Shown one piece after another: positions 30,406 to 41,513 of a stretch of DNA of 64,000 bases. Each line of letters starts with the position of its first letter. Position 1 is the stretch's first letter. Source of the DNA: an uncultured Bacilli bacterium (GTDB lineage: Bacteria; Bacillota_I; Bacilli_A; RF39; UBA660); the NCBI GenBank assembly GCA_934096125.1, contig CAKOLB010000004.1:55117-119116 (forward strand). Reading direction: 5' to 3'. The notes below the pieces were generated by a model. The model did not search any database, had not been told where the DNA came from, and was given only the letters and a program-made list of their open reading frames with translations. The translations under genes were made by a program, and so were the position numbers.

Positions 30406-33114
30406 ATGTTTTGTCCAAATTGTGGAAATAAAATAAATAAAAATGAAGACTTTTGCTCTAGTTGTGGTACTAATGTAAAAAATTTATTTCCTCCAAAAAA
30501 TAATATATTTTTAAAATGCTTGCAGATATTTGTTAATAATAAGAAAAAAGTGTCTTTGACTTTTTGTGCATCCTTGATTGTTGTTGTAAGTGTTTTACTT
30601 TTTAATAGAGTTTATGGTTTTCATAATTTAAGTTGGGATGATAGTTATAGCGATTATAAACTTACATATGTTTCTCAAACTAATGTTAAGTTGGGAGTAA
30701 AATACAATGGAAATGATGGCTTAAAAAATATTAAGTATATGGCTACTTGTGGAGAAGTTAAAAGTAAGGGATTAAATATAATTTGGGATTTAACTAATTC
30801 TAAAGGCGATTGCGTTATTACAGCTCAAGTGAAAAAAAGAAAAATTACAAAAAGTGTTAAAGTAATAGATGATAAAATAAATGAGGCAGATTTGTGGCTT
30901 TCGGAAGACGAAGATTTTGATAGTGATGATGATTCTGATTATGATGGACTATCTAATAAGCAGGAAAAAGAGTATGGAACTAATCCAAAACTTTTAGATA
31001 GTGATATGGATGGGCTAGATGATTATTATGAAATATTTACTAGTAAAACTGACCCGTTAAAGAAAGATTCTGATAATGATGGTTTAAATGATTATGATGA
31101 AATAGAACTCGGATTAAATCCGCTAGAAAAAGATTCTAAAAATGATGGATTGCTTGATGGAAATAGAACTTTAACGTATGAGTATGAAAAAAATAATATT
31201 AAGATTATTATTAAAGGAACAGGAAATATAGCTAGTGTTAATGCTATAATCAATTCTGATACTAAGATTAGTAATAAAAAAGGTTTAATTAATAAGTTAT
31301 ATACTTTTTATACGGATGGAAAAATAAAGGAAGCTGAAGTAGTTATTCCATATACTGATGAAGAATTAATAAAGTATGGTTTAAGTGAAGATAACTTATC
31401 ACTATATTATTATAATACTGATAGTTCAGTATATGAAAAAATAGATACTGTTATAGATAAAGAAAACAATATTTTAAAAGCTAATTTAGAGCATTTTTCA
31501 AATTATGTTATTGGAGATTCTTCTTTGGTAAGTAATAATATTTCAACAGAAGTGTTATTTATTTTAGATAATTCTTGGAGTATGTATAGTGATGAGGATT
31601 ATAAAAAGATTACTGGTAATGATTCGACTTCGAAGTGGGAAGGATTTGATGCTTCGGGTTTAAGATTTAAACTTACTGACAATTTAATGACAAGGCTTGG
31701 AAATAAAAATTATAAAATTGGATTATCTGAGTTTCGGCGAGATTATCAAAATATCATGGGAATTGGTAGTAGCTTACGAAAACTAAAAAGTGCAATTGAA
31801 TTAATGAATGGAAATTTTTCAACGATTTTACCTGGTACAGATATTTCTAATGCTTTGGTAAGTGGTATTCAGGAATTTAGTGATGATGACACTAATAAAT
31901 ATATAGTTTTACTTACAGATGGGCAGGATTCTGATTTACATAAAGAGGCAAGCAATGTTATAAATAAAGCTACGCTTAAAAATGTAAAGATTTGTTCTAT
32001 AGGTTTTGGTGGAGGTTCTTATAATATGGAACTTGCAAATATTTCTAATGCCACTGGTTGTAAATTTTATTCTTCTGGGGAAGCCTCAGGACTTACAGAG
32101 TTATTTGAAAATCTTGGCTCAGAGTTGGATGATGATTTAGTTGATATTGATAATGATAATAAAGCAGATGGTATTTTAGTTGCTGATAGTGATTTTATAG
32201 TTAATAGAGATGGTTTTTCTTTTAATAATTATCGCTCTAACTTAGCTGATGGACATTGTTATGGTATGGCAACCTTTGCCCAACTTTATTACAAAAAAAT
32301 GTTACCCTTAACTTTTCAAAGTAAAGTACTTGAAGATGCACGTTCTTATGCGTATGATTTAACTAATATATCAAATAATTATCCTAACTTATATAGCTAT
32401 AAGTTACAATCTAATGCACTGAAATATACTTTTGGTTTTGATGTTTTTAAAGAAGAAGTGCCATCGGATTATAGAGTGTTAGAAAAAAATAGATTACTAA
32501 TATCATCAAAATATAAACAAGATATTGAGAGGTTAAATCTTTATGATATCAATCAGCTAGAGTCATCCTTGACCAAAGAAGAGAAAGAACAACGTTATGG
32601 AGTAAATTTTAAAACTTATGAAGTGCCATATTTAAATGAAGATAAAATGCAAAATAATAGTGTTATGGTTCAAGATGATGTAGAACTTTTAAATGCTATA
32701 TATGCATCCTTTATAAAACAATATAATGCATCAAGTTATAGTTCGGGAATGAATTTTGTTTTGTGGCTTAGGAATGTCATAGGGACAGAGTCAAATGATT
32801 ATTCTGGACAGCAAGGTTTTATAAATATTCTTAAAACCCGAATAACTGATAAAGACCCTGTAGTGCTAGCTTCAAATTATAGTGGTGGATTACATGCGAT
32901 AAATGCTATTAGTTTAGTTCAAAGTATTGATAATCCTAATTACTATTACATTGGTGTTTATGATAATAACTATCCAGGAGAAAAAAGATATGTTGATGTC
33001 GAGTGTAAAAATGATTCTTGTTTCACTGTTAGTAATAGTTATTATTCAATGTCAGGTGAACCGCTTAGAATTACACCGTCTTTGGAATATGATTTAAACT
33101 ATTTTAAACAATAG
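30406..33114 (+). CDS. Large zinc-ribbon, thrombospondin-type-3-repeat and VWA-domain surface protein
   Basis: N-terminal CPNCGNK...CSSCG followed by a TM. Ca-binding repeats DSDMDGLDDYYE, DSDNDGLNDYDE and DSKNDGLLDGN. A VWA MIDAS motif DNSWS (VLFILDNSWSM). ATG 30406 is preceded by a GAGGGA RBS. Confidence 0.55.
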   Translation: MFCPNCGNKINKNEDFCSSCGTNVKNLFPPKNNIFLKCLQIFVNNKKKVSLTFCASLIVVVSVLLFNRVYGFHNLSWDDSYSDYKLTYVSQTNVKLGVKYNGNDGLKNIKYMATCGEVKSKGLNIIWDLTNSKGDCVITAQVKKRKITKSVKVIDDKINEADLWLSEDEDFDSDDDSDYDGLSNKQEKEYGTNPKLLDSDMDGLDDYYEIFTSKTDPLKKDSDNDGLNDYDEIELGLNPLEKDSKNDGLLDGNRTLTYEYEKNNIKIIIKGTGNIASVNAIINSDTKISNKKGLINKLYTFYTDGKIKEAEVVIPYTDEELIKYGLSEDNLSLYYYNTDSSVYEKIDTVIDKENNILKANLEHFSNYVIGDSSLVSNNISTEVLFILDNSWSMYSDEDYKKITGNDSTSKWEGFDASGLRFKLTDNLMTRLGNKNYKIGLSEFRRDYQNIMGIGSSLRKLKSAIELMNGNFSTILPGTDISNALVSGIQEFSDDDTNKYIVLLTDGQDSDLHKEASNVINKATLKNVKICSIGFGGGSYNMELANISNATGCKFYSSGEASGLTELFENLGSELDDDLVDIDNDNKADGILVADSDFIVNRDGFSFNNYRSNLADGHCYGMATFAQLYYKKMLPLTFQSKVLEDARSYAYDLTNISNNYPNLYSYKLQSNALKYTFGFDVFKEEVPSDYRVLEKNRLLISSKYKQDIERLNLYDINQLESSLTKEEKEQRYGVNFKTYEVPYLNEDKMQNNSVMVQDDVELLNAIYASFIKQYNASSYSSGMNFVLWLRNVIGTESNDYSGQQGFINILKTRITDKDPVVLASNYSGGLHAINAISLVQSIDNPNYYYIGVYDNNYPGEKRYVDVECKNDSCFTVSNSYYSMSGEPLRITPSLEYDLNYFKQ

Positions 33115-33251
33115 ATGGTTTTTCTAAATCATCTTTTTGTATGGCTTACTTCACTTAATTATCACTTTTTTACCTTAAGTTTACCAAAAATATATTCTAT
33201 ATTTATTTTGTTTGGTGTGATATAATTGATTAGTAAAGGTGGCATGGTGAT

Positions 33252-34187
33252 GTGAAGTTAAAGACATTTAAAACCTTAGATGAACAAATAGATATTCTAA
33301 CAAAAAAAGGATTAGTTATTGAAGATACTGAGGCTGCTAAAAATATATTGCTTCGAGAGAATTATTTTTTCTTAAGTGGTTATCGTCATTTATTTATGGA
33401 TCCAAGTAATAATAAACGTTACTTAGAAAATACAACATTTGAAGAGTTATTTGCAATGTTTACTTTTGATAGACAACTTAGAAATATTATTTTTAAAAAT
33501 ATATTAATTGTGGAAAATAATTTGAAAAGTATACTGGCTTATGTGATGAGTAAAAACCATGGTTTTAAAGAACATAATTATTTAAATCCAAATAATTTTA
33601 ATAATGACCCTAGACGAAGTAAACAAATAAATGATTTAATAAGAAAGATGAAAAGGCAAATAACTGTTAATGGTAAACAACATACAGCGACTGCTCACTA
33701 CCTATATAATTATGGTTATATTCCTTTATGGGTTGTTGTAAAAGTCTTATCATTTGGGATAGTTGGAGAACTTTATACTGTGCTTCAGCATCAAGACCAA
33801 CAAGAAATTGCCGATGTTTATGGTATTTCCATTGATAATATGGTTTTATATTTACCACTAGTTGCTAATTATCGTAATTTGTGTGCTCATGAAGATATAT
33901 GTTATATAAACAGAACTCAAAAGGAGATTGAAAACACCAAATACCATCGTCTTTTGTATATTCCTTTAGCAAGTGGGGAGTATATATATGGTAAAAATGA
34001 TTTGTTTGCTCTGGTAATAATATTAAAACAATTGCTTGATGCTGATAATTTTAATCTATTTATAAGTGAAATAGCATATGAATTTGATAGACTGGCAGGG
34101 AAGCTTAAAGTAATAGAGATTGAAAAGGTTATGCATGAAATGGGATTTCCAAATAATTATAAAGAAATAGTGAGGTTAGAAAAATGA
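33252..34187 (+). CDS. Abi_2-family (AbiD/AbiF-like) abortive-infection protein
   Basis: Family pattern (LLRENYFFLSGY...NLCAHEDI). The stop overlaps the start of the downstream protease (ATGA). Confidence 0.65.
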   Translation: MKLKTFKTLDEQIDILTKKGLVIEDTEAAKNILLRENYFFLSGYRHLFMDPSNNKRYLENTTFEELFAMFTFDRQLRNIIFKNILIVENNLKSILAYVMSKNHGFKEHNYLNPNNFNNDPRRSKQINDLIRKMKRQITVNGKQHTATAHYLYNYGYIPLWVVVKVLSFGIVGELYTVLQHQDQQEIADVYGISIDNMVLYLPLVANYRNLCAHEDICYINRTQKEIENTKYHRLLYIPLASGEYIYGKNDLFALVIILKQLLDADNFNLFISEIAYEFDRLAGKLKVIEIEKVMHEMGFPNNYKEIVRLEK

Positions 34188-35299
34188 AAGATAATATAAA
34201 TAATAATAATAGAAAAACAATTAATTATATATTAATATTTTTTATTGGTTGTTTAGTGATGTATGCGGTTGTTTACTTTTTTCCAACGACAATTACGCAA
34301 AAAGTAACTAAATTAGAAAAAGATGTAACAGTGACAGATACTGGTATAGCAGATGCAGTTGAGAAAGTATATGATGCAGTTGTTATAGTATCTACTTATA
34401 AAAATGACCAATATACAGCATCAGGAACTGGTTTTGTCTTTAAAAAAGATAATGATACTTATTATCTTCTTACCAATAATCATGTTATTGAAGGTGGTAA
34501 TAAAGTAACTGTTACATTTACCAATGGTAATGTTGTGGAAACAAAAGTGGTTGGTAGTGATCAATATTCTGATATAGCTGTTTTATCATTAGAAAGTAAA
34601 GATGATATAGCTGTAACTTCACTTGGTAATAGTGAGAATTTAAGGGTAGGGGATACAGCTTTTACTGTTGGAGCTCCACTTGATAGTGTCTATTCATGGA
34701 CTGTTACAAGAGGAATAGTTTCTGGGAAAGATAGAATGGTTGAAGTATCTTTAGGTTCCAGTAGTAACAGTAGTGATTATGTTATGAAAGTTTTACAAAC
34801 TGATGCATCAATTAACTCTGGTAATAGTGGTGGACCTTTATGTAATTCTAATGGTGAAGTTATTGGTATTACTTCCCTTAAGCTTGTTAGTAGTGGGGTT
34901 GAGGGAATGGGATTTGCCATTCCAATTGAAAATGCTTTAACTAAGGCGGAAGAAATTATCTCAGGCGTATCATCAGAATATCCTTATTTAGGAGTTGGAA
35001 TGATTGATATAGCTACTGCTTACTATTCATATGAGTATTATGACTTGATTAAGAGTTCTGGTCTTTCAAGTGGTGTTATAGTAACTCAAGTAGAAAAGAA
35101 AAGTCCAGCAGGAGAAGCTGGTTTGAAAGATAATGATATAATAACTAAGATTGATGATAAAGAAGTTAAAAATGTTGCTTATTTAAGATATTATTTATAT
35201 CAATATAAGGTTGGAGATAAAGTTAAAATTACATTTAATAGAGATGGTAAAGAAGAAAGTGTAGAAGTAAAACTTGGAACTAATAAAACTACAACTTAA
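34184..35299 (+). CDS. htrA: Membrane-anchored HtrA/DegP-family serine protease with PDZ domain
   Basis: N-terminal TM, trypsin-like catalytic motifs TNNHV (His), DIAVL (Asp) and GNSGGPL (Ser), and a C-terminal PDZ domain. Confidence 0.85.
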   Translation: MKDNINNNNRKTINYILIFFIGCLVMYAVVYFFPTTITQKVTKLEKDVTVTDTGIADAVEKVYDAVVIVSTYKNDQYTASGTGFVFKKDNDTYYLLTNNHVIEGGNKVTVTFTNGNVVETKVVGSDQYSDIAVLSLESKDDIAVTSLGNSENLRVGDTAFTVGAPLDSVYSWTVTRGIVSGKDRMVEVSLGSSSNSSDYVMKVLQTDASINSGNSGGPLCNSNGEVIGITSLKLVSSGVEGMGFAIPIENALTKAEEIISGVSSEYPYLGVGMIDIATAYYSYEYYDLIKSSGLSSGVIVTQVEKKSPAGEAGLKDNDIITKIDDKEVKNVAYLRYYLYQYKVGDKVKITFNRDGKEESVEVKLGTNKTTT

Positions 35300-35320
35300 A
35301 TATGGGAGTGATGGTAAAGT

Positions 35321-35908
35321 ATGAAGTGGAAGAGATTAGGAGCTTATCTTATTGATTATACATTTGTGATACTACTGGCAACTTTAATAGCGCAAATTCA
35401 TGTTATTAATCCATATTATGATAATTATCAAGCTGCTTACGAAAAGTATGAAGAAGTAATTAGTGATGTAAATGTTAATAATTCTCTTAGTTATATTAAA
35501 TCTAGTGAGTATGCAAGTAGTTATCATGATGTTATTAAATATGGTTCAGTGATATCGAGTATTTCTATTGTTTGTACACTTCTTTATTTTGTTGGTTTTC
35601 AAAAATGGAATAAAGGTCAAACTTTAGGAAAGAAAATGTTCGGTTTAAAACTGGTAAATGATGAGGGAGAAAATCCAAGTTTACTTGCCTATATCTTGAG
35701 AACAGTTATTATTTATAATGTTTTAATTAATATGCTTATTATAATTTTGGCATTTTTATGCAAGGGGTTAGTATTTGTTATTTTATCGATTATTCTAAAT
35801 TTTGTTGGTAATATTTTGGTATATGGAAGTGCGGCATGTATATTTTTGCGAAAAGATAATAAAGGACTTCATGATATTATTGCTAAAACGAATGTTGTGG
35901 ATGCTTAA
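35321..35908 (+). CDS. RDD-family membrane protein
   Basis: Small polytopic protein with an RDD-like layout. It follows htrA. Confidence 0.6.
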   Translation: MKWKRLGAYLIDYTFVILLATLIAQIHVINPYYDNYQAAYEKYEEVISDVNVNNSLSYIKSSEYASSYHDVIKYGSVISSISIVCTLLYFVGFQKWNKGQTLGKKMFGLKLVNDEGENPSLLAYILRTVIIYNVLINMLIIILAFLCKGLVFVILSIILNFVGNILVYGSAACIFLRKDNKGLHDIIAKTNVVDA

Positions 35909-35938
35909 AAAAAGACAAGTTTTAATTAACTTGTCTTT

Positions 35939-36490
35939 TTATCTGGCATGACCTAGTGTTCTATTTTTTAGTTTTTCTTTAATTTCTTCCTCATTATTTG
36001 AGCAAGATAAATTTGGTGTGATACCATACAGTTTAGCTTGGTCTTTAAACATTGATTGAGCGATTAAAACTGCATAACTTGGTCTTTTTTCTTTCATAGC
36101 ATTTGTAAATGGTTTTATATATTTTTCAAATATACTTTTTATGTTAGTTATATTATTAGTTTTAGCATCGTTATATACACCGCTAGCTAAAGCTGGACTT
36201 AACATATCATATGTATAAAGCAAGACTTGACCAGTTTTATCTTTTAATAGAAGACTACGTAGTGTTCGAAAAGCTTCCATATAAATACAGTTATCTGCAA
36301 AACCTAAAGAAGATAGTATAGCTGTAACATCGCAGCCGCCGGGCTTGTAACCATTACCAGGTTTATTTACAAAGTCATTACATGCTTGGCTGTTGGGATT
36401 AACGTATTTTCCTTTTTTATTACAGTATCCGTTTCCTGTCCATCTGTCGATTGAACCATCAAAGTTTGCACAATTTAAACAATTATTCAT
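35939..36490 (-). CDS. Hypothetical Cys-rich protein
   Basis: 183-aa ORF with N-terminal CxxC and C-x(n)-C clusters and no family assignment. The hairpin aaaagacaagtt / aacttgtctttt at its 3' end serves as a convergent terminator. Confidence 0.35.
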   Translation of the reverse strand: MNNCLNCANFDGSIDRWTGNGYCNKKGKYVNPNSQACNDFVNKPGNGYKPGGCDVTAILSSLGFADNCIYMEAFRTLRSLLLKDKTGQVLLYTYDMLSPALASGVYNDAKTNNITNIKSIFEKYIKPFTNAMKEKRPSYAVLIAQSMFKDQAKLYGITPNLSCSNNEEEIKEKLKNRTLGHAR

Positions 36491-36626
36491 ATTTTCCCCC
36501 TTGTTGTACTAGCTATTATACTATTTATTTGCAGGTTGTCAATAGTAGTACCTTGTGTGTTAATCATACCTAAATGATTAAAAAATATTGTTAGGCACTT
36601 GACGATATTTTTTTTTTAAGATAAAA

Positions 36627-37100
36627 TTGTATTTCGGTGGTATTATGAGTGAGTGTGGTGTTTTGCGGAAAATTCATGATGTTGATAAATTAATCATGAA
36701 AGAGTTTATTGCGGGGCGAGAAAATTCTTCAAAGTTTTATGTTCCTAGTGCAACGCAGATGAAAATTATGAAATACATATTAGATAACTGTGATAATCCG
36801 GTTTATCAAAGAGATTTGGAAAACATTTTGGGTCTTTCAAGAGCCAGTGTTTCTGGAGTGTTAAAGACGATGGAGAAACATAAAATGATAAAGCGGGTAA
36901 TAGATAGTGATGATGTTAGATGTAAAAGGATAATGCTTAATGATGCTGCTTTGATGATATTTAACCAAGGAAAAGAGAAGTTTACTGAACTTGAGGCTGC
37001 TGTTATAAAGGGGCTTTCGAAGAAAGAGTTAGATACGTTTGATTGGTTGATAAAAAAGATAGAGAATAATATAATTGATTATGTAAATGAGAAAGGATAA
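36627..37100 (+). CDS. MarR-family transcriptional regulator
   Basis: Winged-HTH pattern (QRDLENILGLSRASVSGVLKTMEKHKMIKR). It is followed by the ABC exporter pair. Confidence 0.7.
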   Translation: MYFGGIMSECGVLRKIHDVDKLIMKEFIAGRENSSKFYVPSATQMKIMKYILDNCDNPVYQRDLENILGLSRASVSGVLKTMEKHKMIKRVIDSDDVRCKRIMLNDAALMIFNQGKEKFTELEAAVIKGLSKKELDTFDWLIKKIENNIIDYVNEKG

Positions 37101-37103
37101 GTT

Positions 37104-38867
37104 ATGAGAAAATTAATAATAAAAAATTTTAATAAAAAAGATTGGGCTCTAATTTTAGTTAGCGTTGTTTTAATTTTCGGTCAAGTATGGCTAGAACTTA
37201 AGATGCCCGATTATATGTCACAAATTACAGTTTTAGTGCAAACTGAGGGTAGTAAAATGTCTGAAATTATTAAAAATGGGGCATATATGATTTTATGTGC
37301 TTTGGGAAGTTTACTAAGTGCTGTAGTTGTTGGATATTTGATTGCCCGTTTATCTGCGAACTTTTCAAAAGACTTAAGAGAAAAGTTATTTAGTAAAGTT
37401 GAAAGTTTATCTATGCATGAGATAAAAGGCTTTTCAACTAGTAGTTTAATTACTAGGACAACAAATGATGTTACTCAAATAGAAATGTTTGTAGGTATGG
37501 GGATTCAACTTTTGATAAAAGCTCCGATTACGGCGATATGGGCGATTACCAAAATACTAAATAAAAGCTGGCAATGGAGTGCGGTGACAGCTACTTGTGT
37601 AGTAATACTACTTGCGGTTATAAGTATTTTAGTTGTTTTAGTTATGCCAAAATTTAAGATTGTTCAAAAATTAACTGATAAATTAAATAATGTTACGAGA
37701 GAAAATTTAATGGGTATTAGAGTGGTTAGAGCTTTTAATGCGGAAGATTTTCAACAAGACAGATTTGAAGATGTTAATAATAATTTAACAAATTTACAAC
37801 TTTTCAATCAAAAAACTATGGCGATAATGTCACCAGTGATGTACCTTATTATGTATATGTTAACTTTGGCAATTTACTTTATCGGAGCCTTTTTAATTCA
37901 AGATGCTATGATGGCAGATAAAATTTCATTGTTTGGAGATATGGTGGTATTTTCTAGTTATGCAATGCAAATTATTATGTCTTTCTTGATGTTAGCAATG
38001 ATTTTTATGATTTTACCAAGAGCTAGTGTTTCTGCAGGAAGAATAAATGAGGTGTTGGAAACAAATGTTTCTATTCAAAATGGTAGTTATACAAATATAG
38101 ATACGGATGAAGTTGGAGTTGTTGAATTTAAAAATGTATCGTTTAAATATCCTGATGCAGAAGAATATATTTTGAAAGATATATCATTTACGGCGAAAAA
38201 AGGAGAGACTGTTGCATTTATTGGATCTACTGGAAGTGGAAAGTCAACCTTAATTAACTTAATAGTTCGTTTTTATGATGCTACTAGTGGAGAAATATTA
38301 ATTGATGGTATAAATGTAAAAGATTATGATACTGAAGTGCTTTATAAAAAAATTGGATATGTTTCTCAGAAACCAGTGATATTTAGTGGAGATATAAATT
38401 ATAATATTGCTTATGGTGAAGCTAAAAATGAAATAACTGAACAAAAAATTAAAGAGGCAGCTTTAGTGGCACAAGCTCAAGAGTTTATTTTGAAAATGGA
38501 TGAAACATATCAAACAAAGCTTGCGCAAGGAGGAACAAACGTTTCTGGGGGACAAAAACAAAGATTATCGATTGCCCGGGCCATTGCTCGAGATCCGGAA
38601 GTATATATATTTGATGACTCTTTTTCAGCGCTTGACTATAAAACGGATGCAACACTTCGAAGTGAACTCAAGAAATATACAAGTGATGCTACAAACTTAA
38701 TAGTAGCACAAAGAATAGGAACTATTATGCATGCTGATAAAATTATTGTACTTGATAATGGATGTGCAGTTGGAGTGGGTACGCATGCGGAACTTTTAAA
38801 AAATTGTGATATATATAAACAAATTGCGTTATCACAATTATCGAAGGAGGAACTGGAAAATGCCTAG
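37104..38867 (+). CDS. ABC exporter permease/ATPase fusion (heterodimeric multidrug-type, subunit 1)
   Basis: Six TM helices plus an NBD with GSTGSGKST, VSGGQKQRLSIARA and IFDDSFSALD. Confidence 0.85.
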   Translation: MRKLIIKNFNKKDWALILVSVVLIFGQVWLELKMPDYMSQITVLVQTEGSKMSEIIKNGAYMILCALGSLLSAVVVGYLIARLSANFSKDLREKLFSKVESLSMHEIKGFSTSSLITRTTNDVTQIEMFVGMGIQLLIKAPITAIWAITKILNKSWQWSAVTATCVVILLAVISILVVLVMPKFKIVQKLTDKLNNVTRENLMGIRVVRAFNAEDFQQDRFEDVNNNLTNLQLFNQKTMAIMSPVMYLIMYMLTLAIYFIGAFLIQDAMMADKISLFGDMVVFSSYAMQIIMSFLMLAMIFMILPRASVSAGRINEVLETNVSIQNGSYTNIDTDEVGVVEFKNVSFKYPDAEEYILKDISFTAKKGETVAFIGSTGSGKSTLINLIVRFYDATSGEILIDGINVKDYDTEVLYKKIGYVSQKPVIFSGDINYNIAYGEAKNEITEQKIKEAALVAQAQEFILKMDETYQTKLAQGGTNVSGGQKQRLSIARAIARDPEVYIFDDSFSALDYKTDATLRSELKKYTSDATNLIVAQRIGTIMHADKIIVLDNGCAVGVGTHAELLKNCDIYKQIALSQLSKEELENA

Positions 38868-41136
38868 ACCAAATAGAGGGACTGGAAAAGCTAAGGATTT
38901 TAAGGGAGCGCTTAAAAGACTATTTAAAGAATTAAAAGAGTTTCGAGTGCTAGTTTCTATAGCAATGGTTTTGGCTGTTGTCTCAGCAGTTTTGACTATT
39001 TGTACTCCTAATATTTTATCTGATTTAACGGATAAGATATCTGAGGGACTAGTAATAAATAAAGATAATTTTGAAAAAATTACTAAAGAAGTAACGGGCT
39101 CATTTAGTCAATCAAAAATGGCTAGTATCATGGCGATGGATTTAAGCGATAAAAAAATGATGAGTTTATTTTTAGATAGTAGTATTTCGCCAGAAGATTT
39201 GGAAAGTTTTCAAAAAATAACTAAGTCGCTTCAAAATACTAGTGATGAAAGTGAACAGATGAAGTTAATTGCTAGCATTCCATCTAGTATTTTGGCGAAA
39301 GTTTTAAACCAAGATGATAAAATAAGTATTCAAGATAAAGTAACATTTATTAAAAGTATGGGTAGTGATTTAGTTATTCCTGATAGCATTGCTAGTAGCT
39401 TATTTACAGAGTTTTCTATTGATGGTGTAGTAATTACTAGTAGTGATTCTGCTAGATTTATGGAAATGCTTAGTACGGTAAAGGATGAAGATGTAAGTCT
39501 TTTATATAGTAAACTAGATAAGTTACCTGATAATATAAAAGAAGTAGTAAAGCCTGTTTTGGATATGGTAAAAATTAAAAGTATTGCTCTTACACTTGTT
39601 GTTATTTACTTAATTAGTGCGTTATTTAATTATATTGAATCTATATCTATGACTAGTGTTTCGAATAATTTTGCTCGTCGTATTAGAACAAAAATATCAG
39701 AAAAGATTAATGCTTTACCACTTAAATACTTTGATAAACATGCAACTGGTGATACTCTTTCAAGAGTAACTAATGATGTTGATACAATTGCCCAGTCGAT
39801 GAATCAGTCATTGTCAACTTTAGTAAGTGCTGTAACATTATTCTTAGGAACAGTCCTAATGATGTTTGTGACAAACTGGGTTATGGCATTAACAGCGATA
39901 ATTGCAAGTTTACTGGGATTTATCTTTATGGTGCTTGTTCTTTCTAAATCACAAAAATATTTTGTCGCTAAACAAAAAGGTTTAGGAAATTTAAATGGAC
40001 ATATTGAAGAGATATATTCAGGACTTATGGTAGTAAAAGCTTATAATGGTGTGAAAGATGCAACTGATAAATTTAATAAATTAAATTATAATTTATATAA
40101 TGCTAATTGGAAAAGTCAATTTTTATCAGGTCTTATGATGCCAATGATGGTATTTATTGGAAACTTTGGTTATGTTGCAGTATGTATTGTTGGTGCATTA
40201 CTTGCAATGAAAGGTTATATTAGTTTTGGTGTTATCGTAGCATTTATTGTGTATGTTAGATTGTTTACATCACCTTTATCACAAATAGCTCAAGCGATGA
40301 CAAGTTTACAATCTACTGCAGCGGCAAGTGAAAGAGTGTTTGAATTTTTAGATGAAAAAGAGATGAGTAGTGAAGAAAAAGTAACTAAACATTTAGATAA
40401 AGATAAAGTTAAAGGAAAGATAGAATTTAAACATGTATCCTTTAAATATGATGGTAATGATAAGCCGACGATTAATGATTTTAGTGCTATTGCAAAACCT
40501 GGTCAAAAGGTAGCGATTGTTGGACCTACTGGAGCAGGAAAGACAACCATGGTTAATTTGCTTATGAAGTTTTATGATATTAATGATGGGGAAATACTTA
40601 TTGATGGAGTATCAACTAAAGACTTGACAAGAAAAAATATTCATAGCTTGTTTACGATGGTTCTTCAAGATACTTGGATTTTTGATGGAACTGTAAAAGA
40701 AAATATTGTATATAATCAAAGTGATGCAAGTGACTATGATGTGCGAGAAGTTTGTAAGACTGTTGGGCTTGATCATTTTATTAAGACGTTACCTAGTGGT
40801 TATGATACAGTTATTAGTGAAGATTTGATTTCGGCAGGACAAAGACAACTTTTAACAATTGCTAGGGGAATGATGCAAAATGTGCCTTTCCTAATTTTAG
40901 ACGAAGCAACTAGTAATGTTGATACTAGAACGGAAGAATTGGTTCAAAAAGCGATGGATAAACTTACGGAAGGAAAAACTTCATTTATAATTGCCCACAG
41001 ATTATCCACAATTAAAAATGCAGATTTAATATTAGTTATGAAAGATGGTAATATTATTGAACAAGGTGATCATGAAAGCCTTCTTGCTAAAAAAGGATTT
41101 TATGCTGATTTATACAATTCTCAATTTGAGTTATAG
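38862..41136 (+). CDS. ABC exporter permease/ATPase fusion (subunit 2) with a ~180-aa extra domain inserted after TM1
   Basis: NBD motifs GPTGAGKTT, ISAGQRQLLTIARG and LILDEATSNVD. ATG 38862 overlaps the upstream stop. Confidence 0.85.
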
Positions 41137-41513
41137 AGAGGAAACTTCAGTTCATGCTAAATAAAAAACATATTTAGTTTGAATAGTAAAAAGTGTTAAG
41201 TTTTTCTCTTTTTTTTTACAGTAAATAAGAGTAAAATTTTTAATTATTTAAAAATAAATTAAATATATTAAAAATAATTATATCTATTTTTTTCTTTTCC
41301 AAATGAAATTTTCTTATTACGACAAAAAAACAAATAATTACAACTCATAGAATGATGTGTGATCACTTCAAAAGAAATTTTTTGCTCTTGTTGAATTTTT
41401 TTGCTTGGCGATGATATAAATTACTTAGGTGGTAAGTATTTACAATATAAGAAAATATGATAAACTAGTTATACCAAGTATGACTATAACTTTAAGATTA
41501 AGTTAGTAGTTTA

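Noticed and set aside
34184-35299. HtrA as a dedicated defence protease
   Set aside because: Its sequence is a canonical housekeeping HtrA/DegP (catalytic triad plus PDZ). Only the translational coupling to the Abi gene is notable, and it is reported as a low-interest finding rather than as a defence call.
41137-41513. Very AT-rich ~380-bp intergenic region inspected for a CRISPR array, tRNA or riboswitch
   Set aside because: No direct repeats with regular spacing, no tRNA-like GGTTCGA-type T-arm and no conserved riboswitch cores were seen. It is interpreted as a promoter region (TTGAAT-18-TATAAA) for the HD gene.
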